DNA from: Candidatus Parcubacteria bacterium
GTDB taxonomy: Bacteria; Patescibacteriota; Minisyncoccia; Sungbacterales; SURF-37
Reading direction: 5' to 3'
Length of the DNA stretch: 64,000 nucleotides
Assembly (NCBI GenBank): GCA_003599755.1
Contig: QZJO01000001.1
Coordinates: 5,222 to 69,221, forward strand
Shown here: one piece after another, positions 37,609-47,146 of the stretch
Layout: each line of letters starts with the position of its first letter
How positions within the stretch are numbered: the first letter of the stretch is position 1
Translations under genes and position numbers: made by a program
Notes under the pieces: generated by a model
The model's input: the letters and a program-made list of their open reading frames with translations, nothing else
What the model was told of the DNA's origin: nothing
The model's database searches: none

Positions 37609-39555
37609 CTACGGCATCTGGGGCGGCACGGGTGGGAGTTCATAGATGAAGATCGAGGTGCCGGCCCGGGCCACGGGGCGGAAGGGTTTGAGCCAGGGAT
37701 AGCGGTCTTCCGGCCGCTGGTGGAATCCCGGGGCAGGCACGCCGTATGCCTGCATAAGGAACGTGCCGGATATCGCGAACCAGCCGCCTTCGGGCGGCCG
37801 GCCGCGCGCCGACCACCAGGGCTCGAACGCGGGTCCGAGTTCGTGGCGCGGGCTGCCGCCGCCGAAGTAGTCGAGGCGCACGGTTTGGATATTGCGCTCG
37901 CGCACGAAATCGCCAAGACGTAACAAATCCTGACCCCAGTCGTAATTGGAATCCGTGGCGATTTTATAGCCGTCGGTCACGCCGCCGCCGAGTTCATTGT
38001 AGTACGACAGATAGTACGGGTACGCTGCGACAACGCTCGCCAGCTGCCAGATGACGAGCGCGCCGACGACCATGTAGCGCGGCAGGGACGTGACATAGAT
38101 CGCGATTGCACGGCGGATCCATTCGCCCCAGCTTTTCACGTCGGTCTGCTTCCACGAGCGGAGCCAAGCGACGATTTCTTTCGAAACGAGCATGAATATG
38201 AACGGGAACGTGGGTAACACGTGGCGCACGCCGATGTTCAGGGGCGAGGTGATGCTCGAAGTCCAGTAGATGCCGATGAACACGAGTGCCGAGAATTGGA
38301 TGAAGTGGTCGCGCGTCCAGGTAAGCAGGGCTTCGAGATTCCATCGCGGGGATCGGTACACCCGCCGCACCGCGAAGATGAGCGCCAAAAGTGTCAGGAT
38401 ATGGAGCGCAAGCGGCTCTTTGAGCAGATACAGGATCGGGAAATACGTGCGCGTGCCGGCGGCCGATACCTCGCCGAGGAAGTATTGCGTATTGCCGCCC
38501 GCTGCCCGCTGCAGCACCATGAACAGGCCCGTGAGGTATTGCGCGAGCGGCCGGGTGAACGGCGTTTCGATGAGCGCGGTGTTGAAATTCACCCACGAGC
38601 GGAAACGGAATGAATTGAGGTTGATGACCGCGTCGCGCATCTGGGAAAGCGGTATCGCGCGGATCGCGGCATCGCGTTCGGCCCCGCCCGGCATGTTGGC
38701 CACCGCGCGGATCTCTTCGGCCGAGTATGCCGTGCCGTCGGGCCTCAGCGAGAGCGCGGGATAATCCCACACGTGCCATATATAGACCACCCAAATCAGA
38801 ATGATGCTGACGCCAATAGCGGCGCCCGCCTTCAGCGAGTTTTTGACGAATAGCGCGAACCGGTCGGGCCACGAGAGCTGTACTTTCGCCAGAGCCCACG
38901 CGACGAGCAATATGCCCCAGACGGGGATAAGGAGGATGAGAGAGAATTTCAGAAGCTGCGCGGTGCCGAACGCAAGGCCGGCGATCAAGATATTTTTGGG
39001 CGATGGTTCCTGGAGGAATTTGAGAAACGCGGCAATGCCGATGAAAAACGCGATCGCCGCGCCCAAATCCGTGGTGACGAAGCGCGAGTGCGTGATGAAC
39101 GTGGGCGACGCGGCGTAGAGAAATACCGTCAGGAGCGCGACGCGCTCGCCGAAATGGCTTTTGGTGAAGCGCCACAGCATCCAGCCGAACACGCCGGCCA
39201 AAAGAATGAGCGGCAGGCGCATGAGCCAAAGAATTCGAGCAGGATCGTTACCCGCTTCATAGAGGAAGATCGCGCCTTGCGTCCATTGGCCGTTGATGTC
39301 TTCGCGCCAGGACTGCGTGTCGGTAGGGAAGCGGACGTCGGCGAATACGAGCGGCAGCGCGGCCAGGTCCTTGATGAGCGGCGGATGCTCCGGATTCAGG
39401 CGATAGTCCTTTTCGAATACGTAGGCGTAGCCCGCCGGCACGTGCGCGAGCTCATCCATGATGGCAGCGTCGTTCCGTACCGACGCGGCCATGACGATGA
39501 CCATCGCGGCAAGGATCAGAATCGGCGTGGCCTGGCTGCGGAGCGCTGCGATCAT
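37609..39555 (-). CDS. GT-C fold membrane glycosyltransferase (ArnT/PMT-like)
   Basis: DELAH, NPEHPPLIK, DSNYDWGQD; many TM helices. Confidence 0.85.
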   Translation of the reverse strand: MIAALRSQATPILILAAMVIVMAASVRNDAAIMDELAHVPAGYAYVFEKDYRLNPEHPPLIKDLAALPLVFADVRFPTDTQSWREDINGQWTQGAIFLYEAGNDPARILWLMRLPLILLAGVFGWMLWRFTKSHFGERVALLTVFLYAASPTFITHSRFVTTDLGAAIAFFIGIAAFLKFLQEPSPKNILIAGLAFGTAQLLKFSLILLIPVWGILLVAWALAKVQLSWPDRFALFVKNSLKAGAAIGVSIILIWVVYIWHVWDYPALSLRPDGTAYSAEEIRAVANMPGGAERDAAIRAIPLSQMRDAVINLNSFRFRSWVNFNTALIETPFTRPLAQYLTGLFMVLQRAAGGNTQYFLGEVSAAGTRTYFPILYLLKEPLALHILTLLALIFAVRRVYRSPRWNLEALLTWTRDHFIQFSALVFIGIYWTSSITSPLNIGVRHVLPTFPFIFMLVSKEIVAWLRSWKQTDVKSWGEWIRRAIAIYVTSLPRYMVVGALVIWQLASVVAAYPYYLSYYNELGGGVTDGYKIATDSNYDWGQDLLRLGDFVRERNIQTVRLDYFGGGSPRHELGPAFEPWWSARGRPPEGGWFAISGTFLMQAYGVPAPGFHQRPEDRYPWLKPFRPVARAGTSIFIYELPPVPPQMP

Positions 39556-39596
39556 GATGTCAGTATACCAAACTATCCCCGTATCAGGCGCCGCAG

Positions 39597-41282
39597 TTAT
39601 TCATACCATTCGGCAGCCAACGACGGGGGGATAAAAATGCTGAAATCCGCGGGCGCCTTGCCGACCAGGTGCCCGAACCGTTCGCGGATGCGGCCGGCGA
39701 TACCCGGTTCCAATCCGTTGAGAGGCAAGATCAGCATGTTGTCCGGGTTCTGGGGTCGGATATCTTCGAGGCGCGTCACGTAATGGATGTTCCGCTCCGC
39801 GCGCGGCCCTTCTTCAAAGGAATTGGTCGCGAACATGACGGTCTGGGCCGGCGCGGGAATGCCGCGGATCGGATCGCCCGAGAGATTGACGAGCACGAAT
39901 TTTTCGATATCCGGCGGCAATTTGTCGAGGAATTTTCCGGCGTTCCAAAGATCCGCGGCAAACGCGCCTTGCGTCGGCACGGCGTTCGGGAAGCGGATGA
40001 AGTAGGTGCGGTATGCCACGAGCGGTACCCAGAGCACGACAATGAGCGCGAGCAGGGCAAGCTCCACGTTGAGGCGCCGCAGTCGGGCGCGGAAGCGCGA
40101 TGAAATGCCGGTGCGGCGGGCGAGCGCATCGAGCTTCGTACCCCCGGCGACCAAGAGTCCGATAAACCCCCAGGCGGCCAGAAGCATCGTCGGCACGATC
40201 ATGCCGATGGCGCGCAGCGCGTGGGGCAGGCCTTCGCGCGTTAGCGTGGCGGGCAGCATCATGACCAGAAACCACCAGATGAGCAATGCGGCGGGCAACT
40301 TTTGGATGCCGGGTTTTTTCCAAAGCGAGCGTACCGCAAAATACGCGCCAAAGAGGAAGAATGCTCCCACGATCGGATCCAGCTCCGGTCGGCAGGCGAA
40401 ATTATGCCGCGGGTTGCAGTCGCCCCAGATGTGGAGCATGCCGAGCGTAAGGATGTTGGATTTTACAAACTCCTGCAGCGGGCGTTCGGCCGAAAAGATG
40501 GATACCTGATGGCCGCGGCCGGTAAAGTCGGCCGGGTGTCCGGCGAAGTATAGGATGAGCGGCGCGACCGCAATGAGTGCGGCGAATGCGACGAGTGCGA
40601 GCACGCAGGGCACGCAGGGCTGGGCTTTGCGCCCGCGCCACCAGAGCCAGAGCGCCCAGATCGCGGGTACGGCCGCGATAAACGGCATGAAGCGAAAAGC
40701 GATATACGTATGGAGTCCGAGGCCGAGCACGAAGCCGGCGAGTGCTGCGGCGATGATGCTGCCGGTTCGCAGCGACCGCAACAAAAGCGCCATGCCGAGC
40801 GCGGACAACAGCGGCACCAGTATCGCGCGAAAGCCGATGCGGGAGAAATTGATATGCCAGAAACTCGTCGCGACGAAGAACGCGGCGGCAAGGCCGATCC
40901 AGTCATGCTCCGGAATGCCGAACCACCGGCGTTCGGGAACGCCCACGGCCGGGCGGAAGAGCTCTCGCCCGAGGAAAAAGACCGCCGCAACGGTGAGGAT
41001 GCCGACCAGAGCCGATACGAGGCGCAGCGCCCAAGGATCGGGCCCGAAGACCGCGATCGACAGCGCCTGGACATTGATGAAGAATGCCTCGCGGCCGTTG
41101 TTCTCCGGATAAAAAACGCCGAAGTCGCCGGTGTGGAGCGCTTCGACTGCGTTGTTGCCATTTGCCGCCTCGTCCGGATACAGGCCCGGCGGGATAGTGG
41201 GAAGCTGCCAAAGCCGGAAAAACGCCGCGAGCGCCAGGACGGCAATCAGCAGGACGACAGTTTTCCGGGAAAGCGGCGTCAT
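39597..41282 (-). CDS. GT-C fold membrane glycosyltransferase (ArnT/PMT-like)
   Basis: PPGLYPDEA, ALRLVSA, WHINFSRIGFR. Start taken at MTPLS. Confidence 0.85.
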   Translation of the reverse strand: MTPLSRKTVVLLIAVLALAAFFRLWQLPTIPPGLYPDEAANGNNAVEALHTGDFGVFYPENNGREAFFINVQALSIAVFGPDPWALRLVSALVGILTVAAVFFLGRELFRPAVGVPERRWFGIPEHDWIGLAAAFFVATSFWHINFSRIGFRAILVPLLSALGMALLLRSLRTGSIIAAALAGFVLGLGLHTYIAFRFMPFIAAVPAIWALWLWWRGRKAQPCVPCVLALVAFAALIAVAPLILYFAGHPADFTGRGHQVSIFSAERPLQEFVKSNILTLGMLHIWGDCNPRHNFACRPELDPIVGAFFLFGAYFAVRSLWKKPGIQKLPAALLIWWFLVMMLPATLTREGLPHALRAIGMIVPTMLLAAWGFIGLLVAGGTKLDALARRTGISSRFRARLRRLNVELALLALIVVLWVPLVAYRTYFIRFPNAVPTQGAFAADLWNAGKFLDKLPPDIEKFVLVNLSGDPIRGIPAPAQTVMFATNSFEEGPRAERNIHYVTRLEDIRPQNPDNMLILPLNGLEPGIAGRIRERFGHLVGKAPADFSIFIPPSLAAEWYE

Positions 41283-41345
41283 TCTTTTTAGTATACTCGA
41301 AGCGTTGAGAATGCGGAGGGAAAGATACTGACAGGTCGGTCTGAG

Positions 41346-41374
41346 TTGACTTGTCGATGTAAATCGGTTACAAT
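41346..41374 (+). promoter_or_regulatory. Sigma70 promoter of lytic transglycosylase gene
   Basis: TTGACT-17 bp-TACAAT, with AAGGAGG SD downstream. Confidence 0.65.
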
Positions 41375-41421
41375 ATACGCGGCTTTCAGATCCTTCAGAC
41401 AGGGGCAAGGAGGTTTCTATC

Positions 41422-42153
41422 GTGCGTTGGGTCTTCGCAGCGACGCTCGCGACGGCAGTACTGTCTATTCCGGCTCTGCCGGTAGCTGCGCAGTGCTCGT
41501 ATCTCGAGGGCAATGAAGTGGTCTACACCAACGGGCGGTGCCCGCGCCGCGCGGCGCGGCCCGTGAAGCCCGTCGCCCATCCGGCCAAGCCGATGAGGGT
41601 GACGATCAGCGAGCCCGCGCGCCGGGGCGAGGTTCCCGACATACCATTGGACCTTCTGGTCAATGAGGCCGGCCGGCAGCACGGCGTGTCACCCACGCTC
41701 ATCCGCGCGGTCATCGACGTGGAATCCGGCGGCAATCCCCGTGCGGTATCGTCGAAGGGCGCACAGGGTCTCATGCAGCTGATGCCGGGCACGGCCAACA
41801 TCCTCGGCGTGCGAAACCCCTTTGACCCGTGGCAGAACGTGGATGGCGGAGCTCGTCATCTCCGGGATCTGCTGGAACGGTTCGGCGGCAACGTGGCGCT
41901 CGCACTCGCGGGCTACAACGCCGGCGCCGGCGCGGTCGCAAAGTATGGCGGCATCCCGCCGTACGATGAGACCAAGGCCTACGTGCGAACCGTCATGTCA
42001 CTCTGGCGGGGAGAAGAGAAACCCCGTATCTGGCAGGTAAGGAACCCGCCGCAGTCGGCGCGCGTCGCGTCAATGCGACCCATCTACCGATGGCGAGAGG
42101 GGGCCGTCGTCGTGTACAGTAACGTCCCGCGCCAGAACAACGCAGCGGACTGA
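41422..42153 (+). CDS. Secreted lytic transglycosylase (SLT domain)
   Basis: Signal peptide, VES catalytic motif, GAQGLMQLMP, ALAGYNAG. Confidence 0.92.
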   Translation: MRWVFAATLATAVLSIPALPVAAQCSYLEGNEVVYTNGRCPRRAARPVKPVAHPAKPMRVTISEPARRGEVPDIPLDLLVNEAGRQHGVSPTLIRAVIDVESGGNPRAVSSKGAQGLMQLMPGTANILGVRNPFDPWQNVDGGARHLRDLLERFGGNVALALAGYNAGAGAVAKYGGIPPYDETKAYVRTVMSLWRGEEKPRIWQVRNPPQSARVASMRPIYRWREGAVVVYSNVPRQNNAAD

Positions 42154-42168
42154 AGAAGTAGGCATTAC

Positions 42169-42202
42169 CGCCGGGCGCGAGTCGCGCCCGGCGTGCTTCT
42201 TT
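42169..42202 (+). terminator. Intrinsic terminator
   Basis: CGCCGGGCGCGA/TCGCGCCCGGCG hairpin followed by a T-rich tract. Confidence 0.6.
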
Positions 42203-42240
42203 AAAACAAACGACGGTCTTGATCGAATTCCGCGTATCTA

Positions 42241-42269
42241 TTGACTTTTTGTTACTTTTGGTGTAATAT
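42241..42269 (+). promoter_or_regulatory. Sigma70 promoter of accessory operon
   Basis: TTGACT-17 bp-TAATAT. Leader contains boxA-like CTTTGAAAAC. Confidence 0.6.
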
Positions 42270-42399
42270 GAATATATCCTGAAACGCTGGTAAAAGGCCG
42301 ATTTCCAGAGGCCTTTGAAAACCGCATAGATAGGTAAACAGGAGGTATCGAAACCCCCAACGCAGCACCAACCTGCGCGCTTTTGCGCGTACGAGGAGG

Positions 42400-43416
42400 A
42401 TGAAAATGGCCGATCGAGGCATCGGATTCTTAAAGGAACCGGAGCTTACCCGGAAGTGGAAGGTGCGCATTAATGCCGCTCCGCCCCGGTGGGGCGACCA
42501 TGGCCCCGAGTCCATGGTGTCCGTCGTTCTCATGAACGAGGCCGGCGAAGGCGTGGAGGGGGAGCTCATCCTTCGGATCAACGGCGATGAGTCGGAGATC
42601 AAGACGAAGGACAACGGCACGACGAAGAAACTGGCGACCGGTCTGCGCATCGGCACGAACGCGTTTGCGGCCCATCTCAAGGGCCGGCCGTCCGTGCACG
42701 ATACGGTAGAGCTGGATGTCGAGCCGGAAGTCGGTCTTGCGGTTGCAGGTCCGACTTCAACCGAAACCGATGTGGAAGCTACGGCGACCGCAACGGTGTC
42801 GCTGGCCAGCAGGCCGATCAAGAACGGCGAGGTTCAGTTTTACCTGGACGGCGCCAAGAGCGGTGCCCCGCAGCCGATCGATACCGACGGCAGCGCGAGC
42901 TACACGTTCACCGGTCTGAAGAAGGGAACGCACGGCATCTGGGCGGTGCTGAACGGCACGACGCTGCGTTCCAAGACCGTGAACGTTGAGGTTAAGGAGC
43001 AGAAAGCGAAGAAGCTCGCCGAGCCGTTTCCGCAGGCGGAAGGGGATGATGGTGTCTATATCATCTCATTCGTCCTGACTCACGAAGATGGTACGGCGGC
43101 GGTCAACGAGCCGGTTCGGTTGCTGCTTAATCGCTACGGCCGCAAAGCCGACGAGGGCAGCGACATCGTCGATAGGAATACCGACGATCACGGCCGCTTC
43201 CGGTATCTGCTGACGTTCACCGAGCGAGAGTGCGATGTCATGGTGCAGGTACGCGGCTGGCAGAAGGACAGCATCAAAAATCTGCACGGCCCTATGGGGC
43301 GCAGGCCCGTGGAGCTGGTCGAGCCGCGCGAAGAGGACGTGAATCGAGGAATCATTCACGCTGCGCTCGCTGCGTTGCGTCGACAGCGTGAAAAGAACCG
43401 CGAAATGAGGTCCTAA
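42400..43416 (+). CDS. Hypothetical protein with bacterial Ig-like domains
   Basis: GEVQFYLDG...GSASYTFTGLKKGTHGIWA Ig-like pattern. GAGGAGG SD (start may be 42406). Confidence 0.7.
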   Translation: MKMADRGIGFLKEPELTRKWKVRINAAPPRWGDHGPESMVSVVLMNEAGEGVEGELILRINGDESEIKTKDNGTTKKLATGLRIGTNAFAAHLKGRPSVHDTVELDVEPEVGLAVAGPTSTETDVEATATATVSLASRPIKNGEVQFYLDGAKSGAPQPIDTDGSASYTFTGLKKGTHGIWAVLNGTTLRSKTVNVEVKEQKAKKLAEPFPQAEGDDGVYIISFVLTHEDGTAAVNEPVRLLLNRYGRKADEGSDIVDRNTDDHGRFRYLLTFTERECDVMVQVRGWQKDSIKNLHGPMGRRPVELVEPREEDVNRGIIHAALAALRRQREKNREMRS

Positions 43417-43436
43417 TACTTCAGCGAGGAGGAGAT

Positions 43437-44207
43437 ATGTTCGAGCGGGGGGATCTGCTTGTTCTTGCCGGGATTGCAGCGCTTGGCTGCGTCCTTGGCG
43501 TCATCTGGTCGTTGGTCCGACGGGGGCATCTCGCCGGACTGATGCGCTCGGTACGTAACCGAACCGGGCGGATCGTGGCACGAGTGTCGCAATCAGTTCG
43601 CTGGCTGGCTGCGCGCGCGCGAGGCGCTGTACAAATCCTGTGGTTTCGCGCGAGGCCGTGGACGATACGGCATGCGCGTCGCCGAAGAGATCGCATGGCG
43701 CTTCGCGCGTTCTATCTCGTTCGCTGGCTCTGCGCCACGAACAACAACCGCCTCAAGGCCATGTGGATCGTTACGGTCGTGTGGTTCCTCTGGAACTGCC
43801 TGATCATCGGCGTCGGGCCGTCCGCGTCTGAAGCGCCGACGCAAAGCTTCCACTACCCGCACTATCGGACGCCCTCTCCGGCACCAACCCACGTCCTACA
43901 GTCCCTGTGGGACATCTACGGCTTCTGGTCATGGGCGCTCTGGTTTCCATGGCTTCTCGCGACCCTCGTCTACACGCCCATCGCGTTCCGCGATGAGGTG
44001 CAGAACGCATTTCGTCGCGCGACGCAGAAGTTCCGCGAACGGCGCGGCGAGGCGCAGCAGGTGCGGGTGGTGCCTCAGCCAGGTGCTCGGCATCCTGTTC
44101 CCCAGCCGGCTGGCGGAGGCGGGTTAACGCTCGCGCAGTACCTGACCTTCGAGTTCATCACGGACTTCATCCAGGAGATAATCGCACACCGCGTTTTCAC
44201 GCGGTAG
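43437..44207 (+). CDS. Hypothetical membrane protein
   Basis: Strong SD, three hydrophobic segments, operonic position. Confidence 0.7.
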   Translation: MFERGDLLVLAGIAALGCVLGVIWSLVRRGHLAGLMRSVRNRTGRIVARVSQSVRWLAARARGAVQILWFRARPWTIRHARRRRDRMALRAFYLVRWLCATNNNRLKAMWIVTVVWFLWNCLIIGVGPSASEAPTQSFHYPHYRTPSPAPTHVLQSLWDIYGFWSWALWFPWLLATLVYTPIAFRDEVQNAFRRATQKFRERRGEAQQVRVVPQPGARHPVPQPAGGGGLTLAQYLTFEFITDFIQEIIAHRVFTR

Positions 44208-44220
44208 GAGGCAGCTGCGC

Positions 44221-45807
44221 ATGAATCTTCCGACGTTCACCTGGCGGCAGATCTGGGTCACCGGACTGCTGGCCATCATCGCGAGCTTCACGATGTGGAA
44301 GGGCGGCCTGACGACCGCCTTCTGGACGACACTCGGCATCTTCGGCCTGGCCGTTCTCATGGGTCTGGCGGGGATGGTGGGTGGCGTTGGTGGTCGGATA
44401 GCGGCCATCGCGCTCATGATCTGGGCGATCATGTCGGTGGTGTATCCCGCGGTCGGCGCCGCGTTCAGGGCGGAATGGCCGATGCTTTCCTGGGCTCTCC
44501 ACAACAGTAAGGCCATCAAGGACATGGAGCTGGCCGACTGGGTCAATCCAAGCGCGTCTCGCGCGCGGCTCGGTCTCGCTGATCACTGCAACAAGATGGA
44601 GGATCTGCGGGGGGAATACGTCGAGAACGTACTTCTCGAGCGGTATAACGAGACGCGACGGCGCGCCATTCCGGAGAAACCCGGCTACTGGGCGAGCTGG
44701 GCGATCTGGCTTGGTTGGCGGGAAGCGCCAAAGCCGGTCTTCCCCATGCCGCAGCGCTTCGCGGACATGAAGCTTGGCTTCAAGCTCGAGCGCGTGAAGA
44801 AGCCCGAGGTTCGAGACGGCAAGGGCAACCTCGTGTCGGCAGTAGTGACGGAACAGTACGAGGCCTCGATCGCGGATGTGGTCATGATCATCGAGAACGA
44901 GCGCGAGGAGTGCCGCGCGCTGTATGCGCGCGCCGGCAAGCCTGAGCTGCCCGACCGGGACAAGAACGGGAAGTCGTTGGAGTCGCTGACCAAGCACTTC
45001 TCCGATGACCCGCGCCAGTGGCTCCGCGATGTGTTCGTGGGGCCGTGGGCCGTCTGGTCGTTCGCGTTGCTCATCATTGCGGGGCTGCTCCTCGGCCTCG
45101 TGACCAGGCGCGTCTCGTTCAGCATCGCGTTCGGATACATCATCATCACGCTGATCATGGCGGCTGCCATCGACTGGGCTGCCAGTGAGGAGCGCGAGTG
45201 GTTCAAGGGCAAGGCCTACGGAGCAGTCACGACGCGGCACGAGCTTCCTCAGAAGCGCGGCGGCCGTCCGGATGTACCCGGTTCGTATTCGTACGAACGG
45301 TCGGTCCCGCCCACGCTCATCACCCGCGAGGATGATGCGCTCATCGTACGCATCGACGGTTCGCTGCGGCACGGGCACGTCGTTGCAAAGCTCGAGCCGG
45401 GCCAGACCGCGGTGGTCACGTACCTGGGCGGCATGATCGCATACAACTCGCACGGCGACCGGTTCCTGCCATGCGGCCGAGACCATCGCCGGCTCCAGCA
45501 GTGGGAGGTGTTTCCGTACTCTCCAGAACTGCGGCCGTTCGCGATCGGGGTATACCTCGATCCGCCCGGCCTGGGGTCGATGAGCGATCCCACGCAGTTG
45601 CCGTGCGGCAAGGAGCCGCTGAGGATCAAGAACGCCGGTACCGTGCCGGCCAAGCTCGTCTTCATCTATAACACCGCCATGCAGTATCGAGAGGTGCTGG
45701 ACGGCAAGGTGCGGACGGACGGCTACACGTACGCCGGCTGGGACTGCGCAGTGGACCCGGAGAAGAACTGCGCGCGGTTCAAGATCGTCGTGAAGGAGTC
45801 GTCGTAA
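44221..45807 (+). CDS. Hypothetical multi-pass membrane protein with Cys-containing soluble domains
   Basis: AGGAGG SD; about 5 TM segments in two clusters. Confidence 0.75.
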   Translation: MNLPTFTWRQIWVTGLLAIIASFTMWKGGLTTAFWTTLGIFGLAVLMGLAGMVGGVGGRIAAIALMIWAIMSVVYPAVGAAFRAEWPMLSWALHNSKAIKDMELADWVNPSASRARLGLADHCNKMEDLRGEYVENVLLERYNETRRRAIPEKPGYWASWAIWLGWREAPKPVFPMPQRFADMKLGFKLERVKKPEVRDGKGNLVSAVVTEQYEASIADVVMIIENEREECRALYARAGKPELPDRDKNGKSLESLTKHFSDDPRQWLRDVFVGPWAVWSFALLIIAGLLLGLVTRRVSFSIAFGYIIITLIMAAAIDWAASEEREWFKGKAYGAVTTRHELPQKRGGRPDVPGSYSYERSVPPTLITREDDALIVRIDGSLRHGHVVAKLEPGQTAVVTYLGGMIAYNSHGDRFLPCGRDHRRLQQWEVFPYSPELRPFAIGVYLDPPGLGSMSDPTQLPCGKEPLRIKNAGTVPAKLVFIYNTAMQYREVLDGKVRTDGYTYAGWDCAVDPEKNCARFKIVVKESS

Positions 45808-45922
45808 CAGTTCTTTCCGGCTGGAATAAGCTCCTCGCGCGTGGGGTTCACGCGCAGTTGCTGGTTCGGTGCAGATCTTTTCTGTTCTTTCGTTCGGCGC
45901 ATGCGCGCCAAGAGAGGAGGTA

Positions 45923-45976
45923 TAGCCCCGGATTCAGCAACCCTGAAGTATAGGGTTCCTGAATTCCGGGGCTTTG
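45923..45976 (+). terminator. Long hairpin/terminator after accessory operon
   Basis: AGCCCCGGATTCAG...CTGAATTCCGGGGCTTT. Confidence 0.55.
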
Positions 45977-46039
45977 TGATTTAAAGCAGGATGCTGCGTA
46001 CCCATTTCTATTCGATCTGGAGTTCAATCCGGAGATTCT

Positions 46040-46071
46040 ACATTCCAACATTCTTGAGAATGTTGGAATGT
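46040..46071. repeat. 32-bp palindrome (ATTC..TTCT/AGAA..GAAT family) copy 1
   Basis: ACATTCCAACATTCT-TG-AGAATGTTGGAATGT, perfect 15-bp arms. Confidence 0.85.
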
Positions 46072-46185
46072 TAGCGGTGGCGTGTTGGGGCGCAGGGGAT
46101 AGCGCGGCATGCGCCGCGCGCCGCGGCCGTGGTATCCTAAAAGCAGGATAAGCCGCCGCTAACGTCCGTAATCGGCCGAGATTCT

Positions 46186-46791
46186 ATGCAAAAGCGCGAT
46201 GTGTTCGGGAGTATCGTCATCGGCATTGTTGCCGGTTTTTTGATGTATCTGATCGGCACGAATCTGCCCGATCTGGCCCCCGCGGTTCGGGATTGGCTCT
46301 GGGTGCTACCCATCGGCTTTCCGGTTGCCACGCTTGTTGCCATGGTCGTGGGCTCGTTCATCGGCCGGCGCATCCCGGTTGTCTATCAGCTCACCAAGTT
46401 CTTGCTCGTCGGCGGGCAGAACTTCCTTATTGATCTTGGCGTCCTCAATCTCCTGATCGCCTCGACCGGCATCGAGCAGGGCACCGAGATCGTCGTTTTC
46501 AAGGCGGTATCGTTCGTCGTCGCGGTGATCGCGAGTTTCTTTTGGAACAAATTCTGGACGTTCCGGTCGCTGTCCGTGGAGCGCGCCGGGTTCCAATTTT
46601 TTGAATTCTTCATCGTTTCGGCCATCGGCCTTGGCATCAACACCGGCTCGTTTGCCCTGGCCAACAACGTCGTCGGCGCGCAGTACGGCCTGAGCCCGGA
46701 GGCATGGGCCAACGTGAGCGCGGGCATTGCCGCGATCATCGGCCTGATGTGGAACTTCATCGGCTACAAATTCATCGTCTTCCGCCGCTAA
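46186..46791 (+). CDS. GtrA-family flippase-like membrane protein
   Basis: QLTKFLLVGG, FFWNKFWTF, WNFIGYKFIVF. Confidence 0.88.
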   Translation: MQKRDVFGSIVIGIVAGFLMYLIGTNLPDLAPAVRDWLWVLPIGFPVATLVAMVVGSFIGRRIPVVYQLTKFLLVGGQNFLIDLGVLNLLIASTGIEQGTEIVVFKAVSFVVAVIASFFWNKFWTFRSLSVERAGFQFFEFFIVSAIGLGINTGSFALANNVVGAQYGLSPEAWANVSAGIAAIIGLMWNFIGYKFIVFRR

Positions 46792-46816
46792 CGGAGGGCT
46801 CGTGCGAGTAGATTAC

Positions 46817-46848
46817 TTATTCTAATGTTCTTAAGAACATTAGAATAA
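46817..46848. repeat. 32-bp palindrome copy 2 (upstream of ArsR-type gene)
   Basis: TTATTCTAATGTTCTT-AAGAACATTAGAATAA, perfect palindrome. Confidence 0.85.
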
Positions 46849-46861
46849 AACAAAATGGAAT

Positions 46862-47146
46862 ATGGCAGAGCGCGGGGGAAAGTCGTTTCGAGAGTTAGAG
46901 CGCATCGTGCGGGGGTTTTCAAACCATCGCCGCATCGAAATCATGGGATTGCTCGATCGGATGCCGGAGCTTTCCTTGCTGGATGTCGCCAAATCGCTGC
47001 ATATCAATTTCAAAACTGCATCTGAGCATATCCGCCGGCTTGCCATTGCCGGCCTTGTTCTTAAAAGAAATGACGGCCATTCGGTGCGCCACGCTCTTGC
47101 GCCCCGTGGCAAACTTATTCTTAAGTTCTTAAGAACATTAGAATAA
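46862..47146 (+). CDS. ArsR-type winged-HTH DNA-binding protein
   Basis: FSNHRRIEIMGLL...TASEHIRRLAIAGLV pattern; 94 aa. Confidence 0.85.
   Translation: MAERGGKSFRELERIVRGFSNHRRIEIMGLLDRMPELSLLDVAKSLHINFKTASEHIRRLAIAGLVLKRNDGHSVRHALAPRGKLILKFLRTLE
47115..47146. repeat. 32-bp palindrome copy 3, encoding the HTH C-terminus (LILKFLRTLE*)
   Basis: TTATTCTTAAGTTCTTAAGAACATTAGAATAA, 30/32 identical to copy 2. Confidence 0.8.

Noticed and set aside
41280-41313. Possible fifth 32-bp palindrome (CATTCT...AGAATG) at the left edge of the accessory region
   Set aside because: Only the outer 6 bp pair, spacing differs, and the inner TTCT/AGAA core is missing.
45912-45925. Strong SD (AGGAGG) after the accessory operon, suggesting another gene
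   Set aside because: It is followed by a hairpin, with no start codon or ORF.
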